From the NCBI GenBank assembly GCA_012520515.1, contig JAAYOD010000027.1, positions 920 through 64,919 of the forward strand: a DNA stretch of 64,000 nucleotides, given 5' to 3'. This DNA comes from Clostridiales bacterium. GTDB taxonomy: Bacteria; Bacillota; Clostridia; Christensenellales; DTU072. Under the pieces are notes generated by a model. It was not told the DNA's origin and ran no database searches. It saw only the letters and a list, made by a program, of their open reading frames with translations. A program made the position numbers and the translations under genes. Below, piece after piece: positions 7,462 to 21,400 of the stretch (position 1 is the first letter of the stretch; the number at the start of each line of letters is the position of its first letter).

Positions 7462-10400
7462 TTAGAATGATTCTACTATTGTAATTATGATGTGGATAGT
7501 AAAGAGCGCATTTCTCCTTGCCAAAGAGCCTCCCGTTCCGTTATCGGCGCTCTTACGCAAGATTTCTGGGTCGTCTTCAGTTATTAGCTGAAGTTCAAAG
7601 TTGCAAGTTAATAAGTAGTTTGTGCCGTCACTTGCGCAAGTGTCAATAAACATAAAGTCATTGTCACCATCAGAGAGTTTTCTCTTAGTTCCATAAAATT
7701 CACCATTTACTATACCAAAGTCTTGACTTATTATTTCATAGACATCGGCCTTATACCATGGCAAATACATTCCTGTTATGTCATTGCCTCTTGAGTAGGT
7801 GGTAGCGCCAAGCAATCTTGGATTTCTTTCCTTACCATAGATATAGTTCATTCCTAGTATGGGCAAGTTATGCAGTTCAAACTTACTTCCTTGCAATACT
7901 TTAATAGTGGGCAATACCGTTTGCGTTGTAGTGCCTGTATTTGAGTTATAAATTATGCGGTTTGCACTATTTGCGCCCCATCTTCCAGATGGATATTCAT
8001 AGTTTGGCGACACGCCTTGACCTGCATTTACATAGTTTATATTGGTGTTGTCATTAATTGATGTTTCATTGGTATTAGGCGCATATAGATTATGAATGTT
8101 AGAATCCACATCGCTAATATATGCTTCGCTGAAGCCTGAAGTATACTCAGTAAGCAGTCCATCTATTAAACCTGTCTTAGGCGGTGTAATGTAAGTTATT
8201 GTGGTACTGCCTATACCACTTATTATTATAGTTCCGCCTACTTTTTTGCTATAGCTTGGATAAGCGCGTCTTCCAAGTACTGTCCAGTCAAGCAAGGCTA
8301 TTTGATTATCGTTAAGAATTTGCACTTCGCTCTTATCTTCTAATACCTTCTTGCCAAAGTCAACGCTTTGAACATTACTATAAGTTGACGCATTCATAGT
8401 AAAGGAATAATCGGACGCATCAATATTTATGCCGTATTTGCCCATAGTATCTGATGTAGCTGAGCGCAAGTTATAATATTCAATTGGGATATAATCGCTT
8501 GCTGCAGTGCGTTGAATGTTTGTTCCGCCCACTGTATTGAATATTTGGATAAGGTTTTTAGGCAGTGTAAATTCTGTATTTGACAAGTCTGCAAGCAAGT
8601 TAGGCACATTGGAGTTTATCCACTTTCTAGTGCTGGTTGAAATAAACTTCCACCTAATAACTTGTCCGCCTTTGCCGCCCAAGGTCATGGTAGCATACTG
8701 ATTATTTTCTCCAAACTTAATTGCGCCAAAGTACCACTTATTATAGTTATCTCTATAAGTGCCGCCGCCATCTATATCGTTTATGGTGACAACGACTTCT
8801 TCGCCATTTGGCTTTGTAAAGTGCACTACATAGCTATAGTATTGGTCAAATACTACATTGCCGTCATACACAACATTGCCTTCGTCGTCTAAGACTTGGT
8901 TGCCGTCTTTGTCCTTAAGCAAGTTATGACCGTCGGTGTTATAAGTTACATTTAGGTAATTACTATAAGTTATGCCGTCAACAACGCGTCTTACTCCGCT
9001 TGTAGTAGGCAATAGTATAATATCGTCTGGGCCATAAGTGGTTGTTGAAGTAAATGCATCAATAGGACCTTCTGTGCGGAAGATAAGCGGGTCAACTTTA
9101 AACCTTAGCTTAAACACTTGGTCATCAATTGGCATGGTAAATGAAGTTGTGCGGTAGGTGTCATTATAATTAATGGTCACTCTGCCCATGCTGCCGCCTG
9201 ACCATAAAGAGTTGACTAAATATACGCTAATTTTGCTTCCATGGTCTTGTATCAGATCATCTATCTTAGCTTGAGCATTTAATCCTTCATTGGCTAAAAT
9301 GTGATTATACTCTTCATAGACCTCTTTGTTTGCAACATATGCATACACTTTATCTGGCATCTTTATACCGTCTTGTAAAATAAAGTAGTATGGGTTGGTG
9401 ATATGGTATAAGTTTTCTGTCTTATTATAGCCAAAAGCTTCTTCTAGCTTATCAAGCTCATCGCTAGACAATCCGTCCTTTAGATAATCTGCCATGCTTT
9501 GACCAAGCTTATATGGGTCGTCGCCAATATATTCTTGACCGTTTTCAGCTGCAGCATTAACAAACATAACATACTGCTCAGCTAGCTGGAATAACACTTC
9601 AGCTTCTTGCTGTCCTTTTGCTCCCATACCATAACCTGGTATTGTCATATAAAATCTTAAGCTGCCACCTTTATAATTAATGGATTGTGTAGTGTCCATT
9701 CTAAATGACATAATATGGTCTTGCTCTTCTTCAGTTAGTTTAAACTCGCCTTGGTCAGTTGCAGCGCGGTCTAATGTATAGATAAATGGATCTTCAAATC
9801 CTACAAAGTATACTTGGAATTCCGTAGTCGGCACTGCAAAAATGTCATTGATAAGCGCTCTATTTATGTTGGCTTGACCAATGTAATCGTATACCCTTAT
9901 CTTGAAGGTATTGGGGTCTGACTTAAACACATTTGGCGTAAAGCCCATAGTTGCTTTTGTCTTGTCAATTTCTCTTGATTTTATGTTGACAGGATAGGTA
10001 ATGCTTTGTCTTGCTGTGCCTTGACCTATGACAGCATCAACTGTGTAATAGCCGCCCTTATAGCTGAATTTTACTCTAGAGTCATTAAACCTAAGTCCTA
10101 ACTTATCAGAGCCTGGCTGGTCTGCAATTAAGTCAAAGTAGATATAATGTACGCCCTTTTCAAGTACTGTTATATGTGTGCCTGTGTAGATATCGTAGTC
10201 AGACGCTCTAAGTTTTAGCTTAACGCCATACTGACCTGTCTTTAGATATCCTTGTTCAAACTGTGCAAAGCCGTTTACTGAGTTGTTATAAACTAAGAAT
10301 GGGTCAAATTCAAATCCGCTTACAAGCTCGTTGCTGCTGTTTGCAAAGGTAGTAAAGTTAGGAGCGTTATCTTCATTAAACATTATTTGTTCAATGCTTC

Positions 10401-13400
10401 TGTCAACATAGCAAATAGGAATGTTAAATACTTGCTTGCCGCCAGCAAAGCTTTCATCGTCATTGCCAAAGGTCACCACAAGCTTGCCAACGCCGCCAGA
10501 GCAATTAATCTTACCGCCTGAGCGCCTTAGCTCCTTAAGTTCAACACTAAAGGTTTCCCCACTGCCTGACATACTAATTATCTCAAAGTAAATGTCGTTG
10601 ATGTTATCACCATTGTAGTAGATATTATCAAAGGTGTATTTTACTATTTCTTCCCTTACTCCACCATCAGTTCTAAAGTACTTAACGCTGTCTTTACCTA
10701 GTATCTCCCTTTGCGTTAATCCCTTTTCTGGATACACAACAGAAGTGTCAAAGCTATCTATTAGTCCATAAATGTCCACATAATAAATGTCTTTATCTAG
10801 TCCGCTTTGATAGCTCATATCTAGTATTCTTACGCGCAAATCTTTTTCAAAGTCGCCATTTGCATTCTTTAATGGAGCTACCCTTAAACTTAGCGCATCT
10901 TGAGCGCAAGTTAGACTATTTTTATTAATACCATCTACCATAGCTTCGCCTACGGTAATCTCTAATGTTACATTTCTGCCTTTATATAGGTCAGTTGTCA
11001 GCGTTTTGCCTTGCTTGTCGCTATCATATATAACATAGTTGTCTTTACGCAAAGTATAGTATCTGTAATAATCATTGCCTTCAAAGTCTTTGCCGTTGCA
11101 AGCTACTCTTACGCTGGTAAAGTAAGCAAAGTTATCTTGCGACTCATAAATGCCTAATATCATGCTAAGATGTACTTGGCTAGCTGGCGTTCTGCCATCT
11201 TTCTCATAGTAATTATAGCTATCAGTCTTTTCGTTGTATTTAGCTATTACAATTACTTTATTTTTGTCAAAGTAAGTGATATTTTGATCATCAGCTATGG
11301 AAGTTATAGTGCCTTTTACTTCTTTTCTGTCCTCATCTAAATATCTATACTTATGTATGCGCTCACCAAAGTTTTCGCTGTAAGTCCAAGCGTTAGTATT
11401 GAATTTTTGGTCAGCTATTATAGCATTTTGCAATGTATAAGGATTAATTAATAGCTCATTAGTGTAATAATCGCTGTTGTACTTAGCGCTATAAACTAGG
11501 TCCTCTAGCGCAATATAATTTTGTCCGTCATAACTTACTTCATAGTGCTTAATGCTGCGGTCTTTAACAATTACATCGACATCTAGCGTTTGCTCACCTG
11601 CTCTAACTTTAACAAGGTTGCCATTTTCGTCATAGCTATCTACAAGCACATAAATTGTTGCCTTTGCCGCTCTGTTGTTGGCCTTTGTATAGCTGCCGCC
11701 CGCAATTGTCATTCTGGATAAAATGTCTTGATAGTGCCACTCCACAAACACTTCTTGCGTGGTGTTTTCCTCATCGCCTTCAAGTTTTACAAGCACTTTT
11801 TCAGGCAATTTCACAAAGCCGTCATAAGGCTCTATTTCTAAATTCAACAAGGTGTTATCGGGCGCCATATTGAGATAGTTATACTCTACATTTTCCTGCC
11901 CGTGAATAACAACTATATCGGTTGCTATTGCTTTATTTACCTTAACCCTTACTTCTATGGTTTGAGAAATACTGCCTGCGCTAATTAGAGCTTGTACTGT
12001 ATATACTCCGCCATGCTCATTGTAAATAATATTGTCTAAGTTTTTCCATACAATGTTTTGACCAGTGACAAGTTCTCTCATGCCGCTAGCATAAGTTATC
12101 TTATACTTATAATCTGGAGAATTAAAGTTAAATGGATTATAGATAGTGCCTTCCAGGTCATATGACATAGTAGGGTCAGTGTGCGAAATCTCTTCGTCGC
12201 CTTTGTATATTGACAAGCTTGTGATGTTAGAATCTACTAAATTAACGCTTATAGTACCATAGAATCTTATATCAAAGCTGCCATCTGCGCCGTTTTCAAC
12301 TGTATTGCCCATGCCATGGTTTACCGTATAACTCTTGGCTGCAAAATTGTTGCCATTAACATTAGCATAATCTTCAAGGTCTATATCTTGCATATTTAGA
12401 TTTAGGCTAACTATCTTTTCTACGCCAAGTATAGGCTCTTGACCATCAGCTAGCATATTGGTCTTTATTCTAGCTCTGGTGTAATTTTCTTGCAACCATT
12501 CAATATTAATTGCGCCATACGGGTCTACATTAATACTTTTAGCTTTTTCATAATCTTCTTCTGTACCGTCTTTGTAAACAATAGACTCAATGCTTATAAG
12601 TTCTTCTGCATAAATATTTAAGCTAACTTCGCGAAGCACATATCCAAATGTCTTGTCGCCTATATAAGCTGTCGCTTTTGGTTTTGTGCCTTGCGCCGTT
12701 AAACCGTCGCTATAATATTTTTCTATATTTCTAAATGTTACGCTAAGCGTCTCTTGGTCTAAATGGTTATTTCTTACGCCTTCTATTGTGGCAGTAACAG
12801 GCAAGTAATTTTCTAAATTATCATACGCTCCGCACAAGAAGTCAGTGCTTAGGTCAATAACTTCGCCTTGACTGTTTTTGTACATAATTGACGATATCTC
12901 AGTAAATTCTCTAAGCGCTGTATTGCGAAGCACTACATCAAAGGATTGTTTATTGTTGTGCTTGTCGCCAAACACTAAGCCATTTGCAACTGTCAAGCTC
13001 GCTTTATTATAAAATTCTGTATTGTCTTCAGGGATATCTATATAGCCATCTAGGTCCATAGTAGAGCCATTTGCAAATGTTACCTTAAAGGTAATAACTT
13101 CACTTAAGTCAACCTTTGACGGGTCTAAAGCAAGTATATATCTTGCATTTTGACCTTGATAAGTTGCGTCTTTTGTAACAGAGATATTGTCATTTACAAT
13201 AGCAATATCAGTAATGGTAGCATCAGCTTGAATGTTGGTTATTGGATAGCTTCCATCATAGAACTTGCTAACTTTAGTTAAGTCAATTATGACATTGGAT
13301 CTCCAGTTTGGATTGGTGTCATAGCCTTTGTTTTGGACAGTAATTTGAATCTTATGTGCACCTATTTGTCCATTGTTATGATAGGTTAAACCGTCATCAG

Positions 13401-16400
13401 TGTAGTCGCCATTATTGTTAGTGTCGTCCACATAGCTCCATTTTACCTTATAGAGTTTGTCAAGGTCTGTATTGTGTACACCTGTATATTCTTGGCTTGT
13501 GGTGGCTAATTCCCAAATTGCAGAGTTAAATCCTTGCGCGCCGCTTGGGATATCCAAAATGCTGCCGCCAGAATTGCCTAGCATTATGCTGATATAGAAT
13601 GCATTTGTATTGCCTGACAAGTCGCAATTATAGTAGTTAAAATTAAGGAATTGGTCTATTGTGCTTTCATCATATGCATTTATTGCAATAGCTCTGTCAT
13701 TGCCAATTTGAATACCTTCAATAATAACTTGTGACACTTGTATGCCTACGCCCCTTACAAGCTGGTTGCCAAGCAAGTTATCTTTCAAGATAATGTCAGA
13801 GTTTAGTAGCATACCGTCATAGCTGTCAGAAATATCTATGCCTAGCGCCTTAATTAGCCATACAACTTCAGTGTTTATCGTTTGGTCTTGGTTTTGGAAC
13901 CAAATATTTGCGTTGTCGGCAAGCTCATTTAGTATGCCGTTTGTTCTTGAAATGGTAACAGTTTCTGCGCCAATAGCAACTCTGCTTTCCACTCTGCGCG
14001 TTAAGGTGCAGTACTTACGGGTATAGTCGTTATACCAAGCATCAAATGTCATGCGTTGCAAGGTGTCTACGCTAAGCTCTGGATTGCTTGCAACTATTTC
14101 ATCATAAACTTTTTCTATTGCAACTGACGCAACTCTGGTAATTGGGTTAGTTACAGTTATGGTATTGTCTGAAACAAATTGTCTATAAGCTAGCACTTTA
14201 GCTTCATTATAGGAGATGTTTAGGTATGTAAGCTTAGCCTTTGCAAGCATAATATCCATCTTAAGCGCATCAGCTGGACTATGATATATGCTCTCTTCAT
14301 CTAAATAGCGATTATACCATGTGTTCCAAGCCCTTACCTTATCGTTTCTCACCGATACAAGAATATTCTTAAGCAAAGATTTTTCATACTTATTTAAACT
14401 TGCTTCTAGCATATCATAAGCTTTTGTTATTGCTCTATTTTCACTATATTGTCTATTTAAGTTATCAAATAGCTTTTCAGTAATGAGCAAGTCCATTTCA
14501 ACTTGGGTATATCCAAGCTTTCCTATTACAGCATAAACTGTATAATCTTTATTGGCTTTATAATCCATATTGGGTATGACATAGCTAAAGTCATCGCCCT
14601 TTATTATGGTGACGCTAGTTAGCGTATACCGTTGCTCATTTTGGCTTGGCATTGCCACAATTTCAGTAGTTATGGTATAGTCGTCGCCAAGGCTTGCCTT
14701 TTCTTCATAGCCACTTGCGTAAACAACATATATATCCTTAGCAAGACTTAATCTTTCCATAAGTGACGCATTGCGGTTGCTGGTGTAAGGAGTAATTATC
14801 TCCACCGCTTCATTAGAACCTAGAAGCACCTTAGCACCATCTTTATATACATAGCTTAAGTCATTATTTATCTCATTTGATTCAATTCTTACAAGTATCT
14901 TTATAGTTTGAGTATTGCCTATACCATCTCTAACCTTGTATGTAACGGTGTACTCTTGTTCTTCAGAATTTGTGTTATCGTAAGATGCTAAACTAGAGCC
15001 GTCAGCGTTTCTAAGCACTCTAAAGCTGCCTAGCACTATTTCCCAGTTATCTATTACGGTATTGACATACTTGCCAGTGCTTTCGTCTAGGTATGTATGA
15101 TTTACCATAACTTTATCAAATGCGTTTGGTACAATTTCCATTGTGCCATCTTCTTTTTCTACCATAGTTCCGTCAGCTATTGCTTTCATTATGCCGTATG
15201 GGTCATCTGCATTTAGCGCATTAAAGCTTATGTTGCCATGATAAGAACTAGGGGTCTTTTCATCGTTTACAATACCGCCAACAGAGCCTTCTACTGCTTT
15301 TTCAACCTGCTTAACTGTATAGTCTTTTACCTTAATTGGTATCTGAATGTTAGTATAAGGCGTGTTGCTTGCAAAACTTGCTCCTGTGTTATCTTCGCCA
15401 TAAGCGCGGAAACTTAAATCTATATAAGTGTTTTTGTTGCCGTTTGAATAGTCAAGCGATGTAAACTTCATTGCGCCATCAATTACTTGATAATCTAAAC
15501 TCCATACAAGGTCATTAAACAAGTATGTCTTTGTCTTGGTCTTTTCGCCTATGCCGCTTGTATATTCGTAATAGAAGAATTCTGGCAAGCTATTTATAAA
15601 CTGGTCATGGTCAAAATTGTATGGGTCTATCTCTATCTCAGTAAGCTCTTGCAATATAGGTGGCGCGTTTTCATCAGTTATATCAATCTTAAATGGCTCT
15701 ACCTTGACTGCTATTGTGCTATAAACAGCATTGCCTATATAGCCTTTTAGCCTTTCTGTTCCATCGCCTGTGCCTAGCGCATCAAAACTTAGCGCTGACA
15801 CATCCCAAGCGATGTTGACACCTTGCGTTCCTTTAGATGTTCCGTCGGTAAAGTTTGCATAATACCTATTTGGCAAAATGTCCACTAAGCTAATTGACGG
15901 GTCAATATTTCTTCTTTCGCCAGTTGCGCCATCGCTATTTGCCCAAGTTCCGCCAAAGGCTGTAAAGTCTGTCATGTCAAACGGGTCATGGAATGTAATT
16001 GATGTAGGCGGCAAGTATCTCTTCTTGGTCCAAATTTCTGTTAGCTTATCATAGGCAATATAATAGAATTTATCGTTTGTAAAGGATACATCGGCCACCT
16101 TTCTAAACCCTATGCCGTTGTTTGCTATGTCAATCTCTTGATAAATATCTTCTTTTGGATTTGCTTCATTATCATAGATAAAGTGTTGATTATAAATTAC
16201 CTTTTCATCGGTATATGGGTCTATGTAATATTCATTAATAACAGCGTAAGAGTTATAGTTGGTATTTGCAATCCAGTACTGCATAAACATCTCTGTTGTA
16301 CATCTTACATTGCCGTTTCCTGTGTCTGTTGTTAGCTTAAAGTTCTCATCTACATATACAGGATATGCTGAATAGGTGGTTTGAACATTGGTAAATGTAG

Positions 16401-18450
16401 AGTCGGTAAAGTATACATTGCCTGTTATCTCACCTTCTCTAATAATAACCATATGCTTAATGTCCACGCTCTTAATTGAATAAGTAGCAGATGGGTCATC
16501 ATGGTATGCCACATCACTTGCAAAGACTTTTCCTGAGTCTGTTTGCACAATGTCATACATCATATATTCTGAAGTTTTATTGCCCTGCTCATCAATAACT
16601 TCATAGGTCTCATACTCACTTAGAGAATCTCTTTCTTTGGTAAAGAGCCTGTCTATATCAGTTACACCTTGATTGCGTAAAGTTATGTTATGATAATATT
16701 CGCCAACTGGGTCGCCATCGTCCGTTGTTATGTCTGCAACAGGCGTTCTTATAGTCTCGTAACTAGTGGTTTTGGTAAAGAATTTTCCTACCTTGCCTGT
16801 GCTCTTCCAATATTCATAATTCCAGTCACCGCCTTGCATTGCAAAAAACGGGTCCATTTGGTTTTTCTCATGATAATCATCGTCTAAGTCTTGCAGCTCA
16901 CTAGCTTGGCTAAAGCTTGCGCCGTTTAAGAATAGCGTTATTCTCTCTAAGTATCCCGCTTGCGCGCTGCTATTTAGCGTTATCTTAGCATAAACGCTCA
17001 TGTCATAGGTGTTTACATCTCTTATAATATTCACTGATTTTAAAGAGCCGTCTGACACAGCAACATTTGCAAGTTGCACAACTTGACCATCATTATCAAA
17101 GTAAGTTTTGTATGAGCTAAGCGGGCTTCCTGGCATATCTTTTGAGCCAAACAAACTATACGCTGACTGTATAGGAAGCACATGAGCAAGCAAGGTGCTT
17201 ACATCTTCAAGCAATTTGTCAATGCCTTCAAATACTGTAGAAAGAATAGTAGAAAGCACTCCGCCAGCGTATGGAATCATACCTATAAGTTCAGTATATA
17301 CCTTAGGCGAATAGAGCGCAAAACCAACAAAGTCATTTACGCTAATTGGCTGGTCGGTAAATGGTAGCGTAATATGTCCGCCCTTAATCATAGTCAAGCC
17401 ATATTCGCAAATTAGGAAATGCACAAGTCCTGCTGATAGTTTTGTTCCTGCGCTGTTTACCGCTTGCAAATAAGCTCCGCGCACTGTATAAACTTTGTCG
17501 CCAATTCTTATGTCTTGCGCTTCGTTATATCTGCCTCTCCAGCGGTCCACAAAGTCACTTACTAGTTTTTCTCTCTTTATTAATAACTCTTCATCTGTAT
17601 AGAATGACGGGTTAAAGTCTTCGCTCTTGGTTTTATCCTTTAAGCTTATGTCTTCTGCTGATATTGTGGTATTTGCAGCAACATCTGTTAAGCCTATCAT
17701 ATTGTAAAGCATGCCAAGCGCGCCTAACAAAATTGTGTTCAATGAGTCGCTGTCTAGCCACAATTCAATATAGGTGTAAGAATTATACCTATCTGCTACT
17801 TTGCTTACTTCATATTGAATATTGTCTAATACATCTTTGTAGCTGTTATCATAAGCTTGATTGCCGTTGTCGCCTTCATCATGGTACTCACCGTCTATAA
17901 TGTCTGCGCCCAGCCTTATCCTAATTCTTTGAATTAGTGAATTATTCTTAATATCGTCGGCCCAGTGTTTCTTCCTCTCTCCTAAGTTTACATCTACATT
18001 AAAGTTGCTTGCGTAAGTTACAGAATCTTGGGTGTATGTTTCCGTCAAGGAAATAATACCTTGGGTAGCTCTAGTGGTGTCTGATGAGTCTTGCGTTGCA
18101 ACAAAGCTCATAGAGTCGCCTTTTTGCAATCCAGTTGCGGCAATGTTAAGGTTGTCGTATTTTGTACTCCTTATCTTAAATACATAGCTTATTTCGCCTA
18201 CTTTTTCTAGATCAAAGCCTCTTGTTGCAGGCGTTGTGCTAGTGTCCTCGATAGCCGTAAAGCTAAAGTTGCCGTCTTTATCTACATTGATATTATAATT
18301 TTCTGGGCTTAAGTCATAGTAGTCAACAACGCCCATTGTCTTAGACTGATAAGTAATCCAAATTTCGTAATCGTCACTAGAGGGCACTATCCACTTTTGC
18401 TCAACTTCATCATAAGCTTTAATAGTGCCAGAGAAAGTAACGCTTCTTAC
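7462..18450 (-). other. C-terminal ~3,600 aa rich in beta-sandwich / Ig-like repeats; no recognised wall anchor
   Basis: Ig-like signatures recur. EQEYTVTYKVRDGIGNTQTIKILVRIE (14881-14970) is DUF5011/HYR-like. Blocks of the type LP..V.V...G....V.V.W also occur, for example KLPEKVLVKLEGDEENTTQEVFVEW (from 11761-11820) and ILPNRYYANFTDGTSKGTQGVNIAWDV (from 15841-15900). Repeated (I/L)(D/N/E)P(Y/F) domain starts are present. The C-terminus ...ARRNALFTIHIIITIVESF has no LPXTG, SLH or choline-binding motif. Confidence 0.5.
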
Positions 18451-21400
18451 CTTGTCTTTCTTCATTATAAAGTCAACGCTAACTGTGCCGCCGCCATTTG
18501 TTGCGGTGCTATTTATAAGCGCATTTAAATCTTGCGCAGTATAATATACGCTTCCGTTGTATCTTATTGCTATTAGCTCATAACCCTCAAGCTTGCAGCT
18601 AAAGTTATGGTAAAGGTCGTTTTCGCCGTTGTAGTGCTCTATCAGCTCTTGATATACCGTAATATCCAAATTAAAGCTGCCAGCGCCTGCCATTTTGCCG
18701 CTAATAACGCTGTTTGCGCCGCCGTTATGAATCACTTTTATATTGCTCACTGCAGTAAGGTTTGCAGAATTTACTAATTCTTGATTGCTTGGATTTGATG
18801 ATGTTCCGCTGTAATAATAGGTCTTACCTGTCAGCGTGACAGTGTTTGCAATGCTATTTTTTGAGTTGACAAGGGTTGCATTTATGCGGTGGCTTTGTGA
18901 AAGCTCTGCTGGCTGAATTAGCAAGTCTTCCACAAAGTAAGAGCTATAACCTTCTTTATAGATTGCTATATTGCCCCTATCTTGCACAATATAATAATTG
19001 ACATCGCCTTTTTTCTTGACATAATTTATATTGCCATCAGTAAAGTACATTAGATTACCATCATACTCCATAGTTATGGTCTTTTTGTCAAGATGGTCAA
19101 GAAGCATAGTGCCTGTTGCTTTTTGCGTAATAGGAATTTCTAAGAAGTAGAAATAACCATCTTTATCAGTGGTAGTGCGATATGTCTTATTTCCACCTGT
19201 TGTATAGACAACTACAGCGTTTTCAACAGGAATCTCTTCGCCGTCTGCAGATTCAAGAACCCTGCCATGAATTCTGCCTGTATCGCCTGTTTGAGCGATA
19301 TTGCCGCCACCTAGCAAGCTATCTGGGAACAGCACTATAGGAAGCGCAACGCCTGGGTTGTCAAACTCAGGTCCAGCAAGTCCGTTTATAATACCGGCAA
19401 GCGGTAGTTTATATATCTTTAAGTCTAAGTTAAACTGATTGCTAAGCGTTACAAGCAAGGCATGATTTTCCACATGGGCATATATCGTTCCTTGAGTATA
19501 GGTTAGCGTTTGAATCTCTATATCTATATTATTTGTAACAGATTTTGTTAGTTTTAGCTTGCCTCTTGCGTATTGATATCTATAGAATAACCCAGGGGTG
19601 AGATTCTCGCCTTGCGCGCCATTAATTAAATCGCTGCCATTTTCTATCAAGTCCCTAATCTTGCTTAGGTCACCGCCAATTATTCCAGCTAAGGCTGTAA
19701 TTGTTTTTATCAATGGTCCAATTGCGCCAAGCACTTCAGCAGAAGTTGCCATTTCTGAGCCATCATAAGGCGCATCGTCATCGGCATAGCTATATGGGCC
19801 TGTGGCATGAACTGCTGGATATCTGTCAAAGTACTCTTTTCTCTCCCAGTAGTCAGTACGCTTATCAAGGTATATTGAAAGCCCGTTTATCATAATACCG
19901 TCAAATACGCCGTTTATAAGTCCTAGCATATTTAGATTTACGCCGTTTGCGTTAACTGACAAGCCGCCTGTGCCGCCATAACCGTCTAAATCTGAAGGCA
20001 AAGTTATAAGTTCTGACATTGGAATATTAGTGCCAAGTATTCCTTCTCCTACGCCGTCATTTATCTTTATGACAAGTCCATTTGTAGGAACAGTTAGCTG
20101 CAAACGGTTATTTTGGCTATCTATCTTTATTGTGCCTTCAAAATTGGTCATGCCCTCATAGGTATTCATAACAAATTTAATACTATCAAGTTCAGGCAAA
20201 CCAAGTCCTGGCATAAGCGCATTTATTGCCGCTGAGTTGGGGCTAAGCGTCAGCGTTTTATTTGTTAGGTATAAGCTAACTATACCTGTTGTTTGCGTCT
20301 TAGTCGTTGTATCTTCTTTCTTATCGCGAAGTTTAAGCTCTTCTAAAAACTCCTTATATACGGCATTTGCGTCTAAATAATAATCAATCTTTGCAAACTC
20401 TAATCCAAGCAAGAACTTTTGTTTTGCGCTAATTGCGCTTACGCCTATATCAACTTTATCAAGCGTTTCAATTATTTCCTCTTGGACACTTTGTATCTCT
20501 TCTGGCAGCATATTCTCTACATCTAAGTCTTTAACAAGCTGATAAATTTCTTCAATGTAGCTTACGCTTCCAGAATAGTCTTGCAGCTCTCTAGATACTC
20601 TTTCTAAGTCGTCTATGTCGACATAATCTTGTTCTTTTAGTAACTTTAGATACCTTGTTAACAAATGCTCAACTCTGCCTATCTTAACTGCTATATCTTC
20701 ATAGTTGCCGTCGGTAATTGAGCCTGAATTTCTAAAGTCAAATAGGTAGTCAAAAGCTTCTTCATTAAGCTCTAGCCTAATTTCTCCTATGTTTTGATAA
20801 GAAGAGCTCTTTAGTGTGTTTTTAGTGCTTTCTGTGTTTTGACTTGCATCTAGCAAATTACCAAGCAGTCCGCTGACATCTACGCCATCTGGTCCAATTA
20901 AATCAGTGCCTGAAAGCAAGCTAAACAAAAGTCCTGCTATATCCACACCATTTAAGCTAAGCTTAAACAATCCAAGCGTCGATAAGTCTAGATAAGCTAT
21001 GCCGTCTACATAATAAATACCAAATAGCACTTCATCATTATAATATATCTCTACCTTAATAATGGAGTTATTAAAATCTTTTAGGTCTATGCCTAGTTCA
21101 AGATTGATAGTAAAGGTCATAATGGTATCTTGCAAGTCAAGCAAGATAGTATCTGGCTGTACATCAAGCAATTTTTCTAAGAAATCTTCCAAATCTCTGA
21201 CCGTTTGACTCTTTCCGTTTGTTTTGGGGTCTACGGTATTAATGGTGATATCCATAGTTGCGCTTAAATGCAAGTTTTCTAGCTTATCAATATTGGTATA
21301 GCTGTTTTTATCTATGTTATCGCCCACTATAACCATGTCGTCAATAGTGTTAAGGTTGTATCTATTAACTAAGTGAGTATAGCTCTTGTTAAAGTTATAC

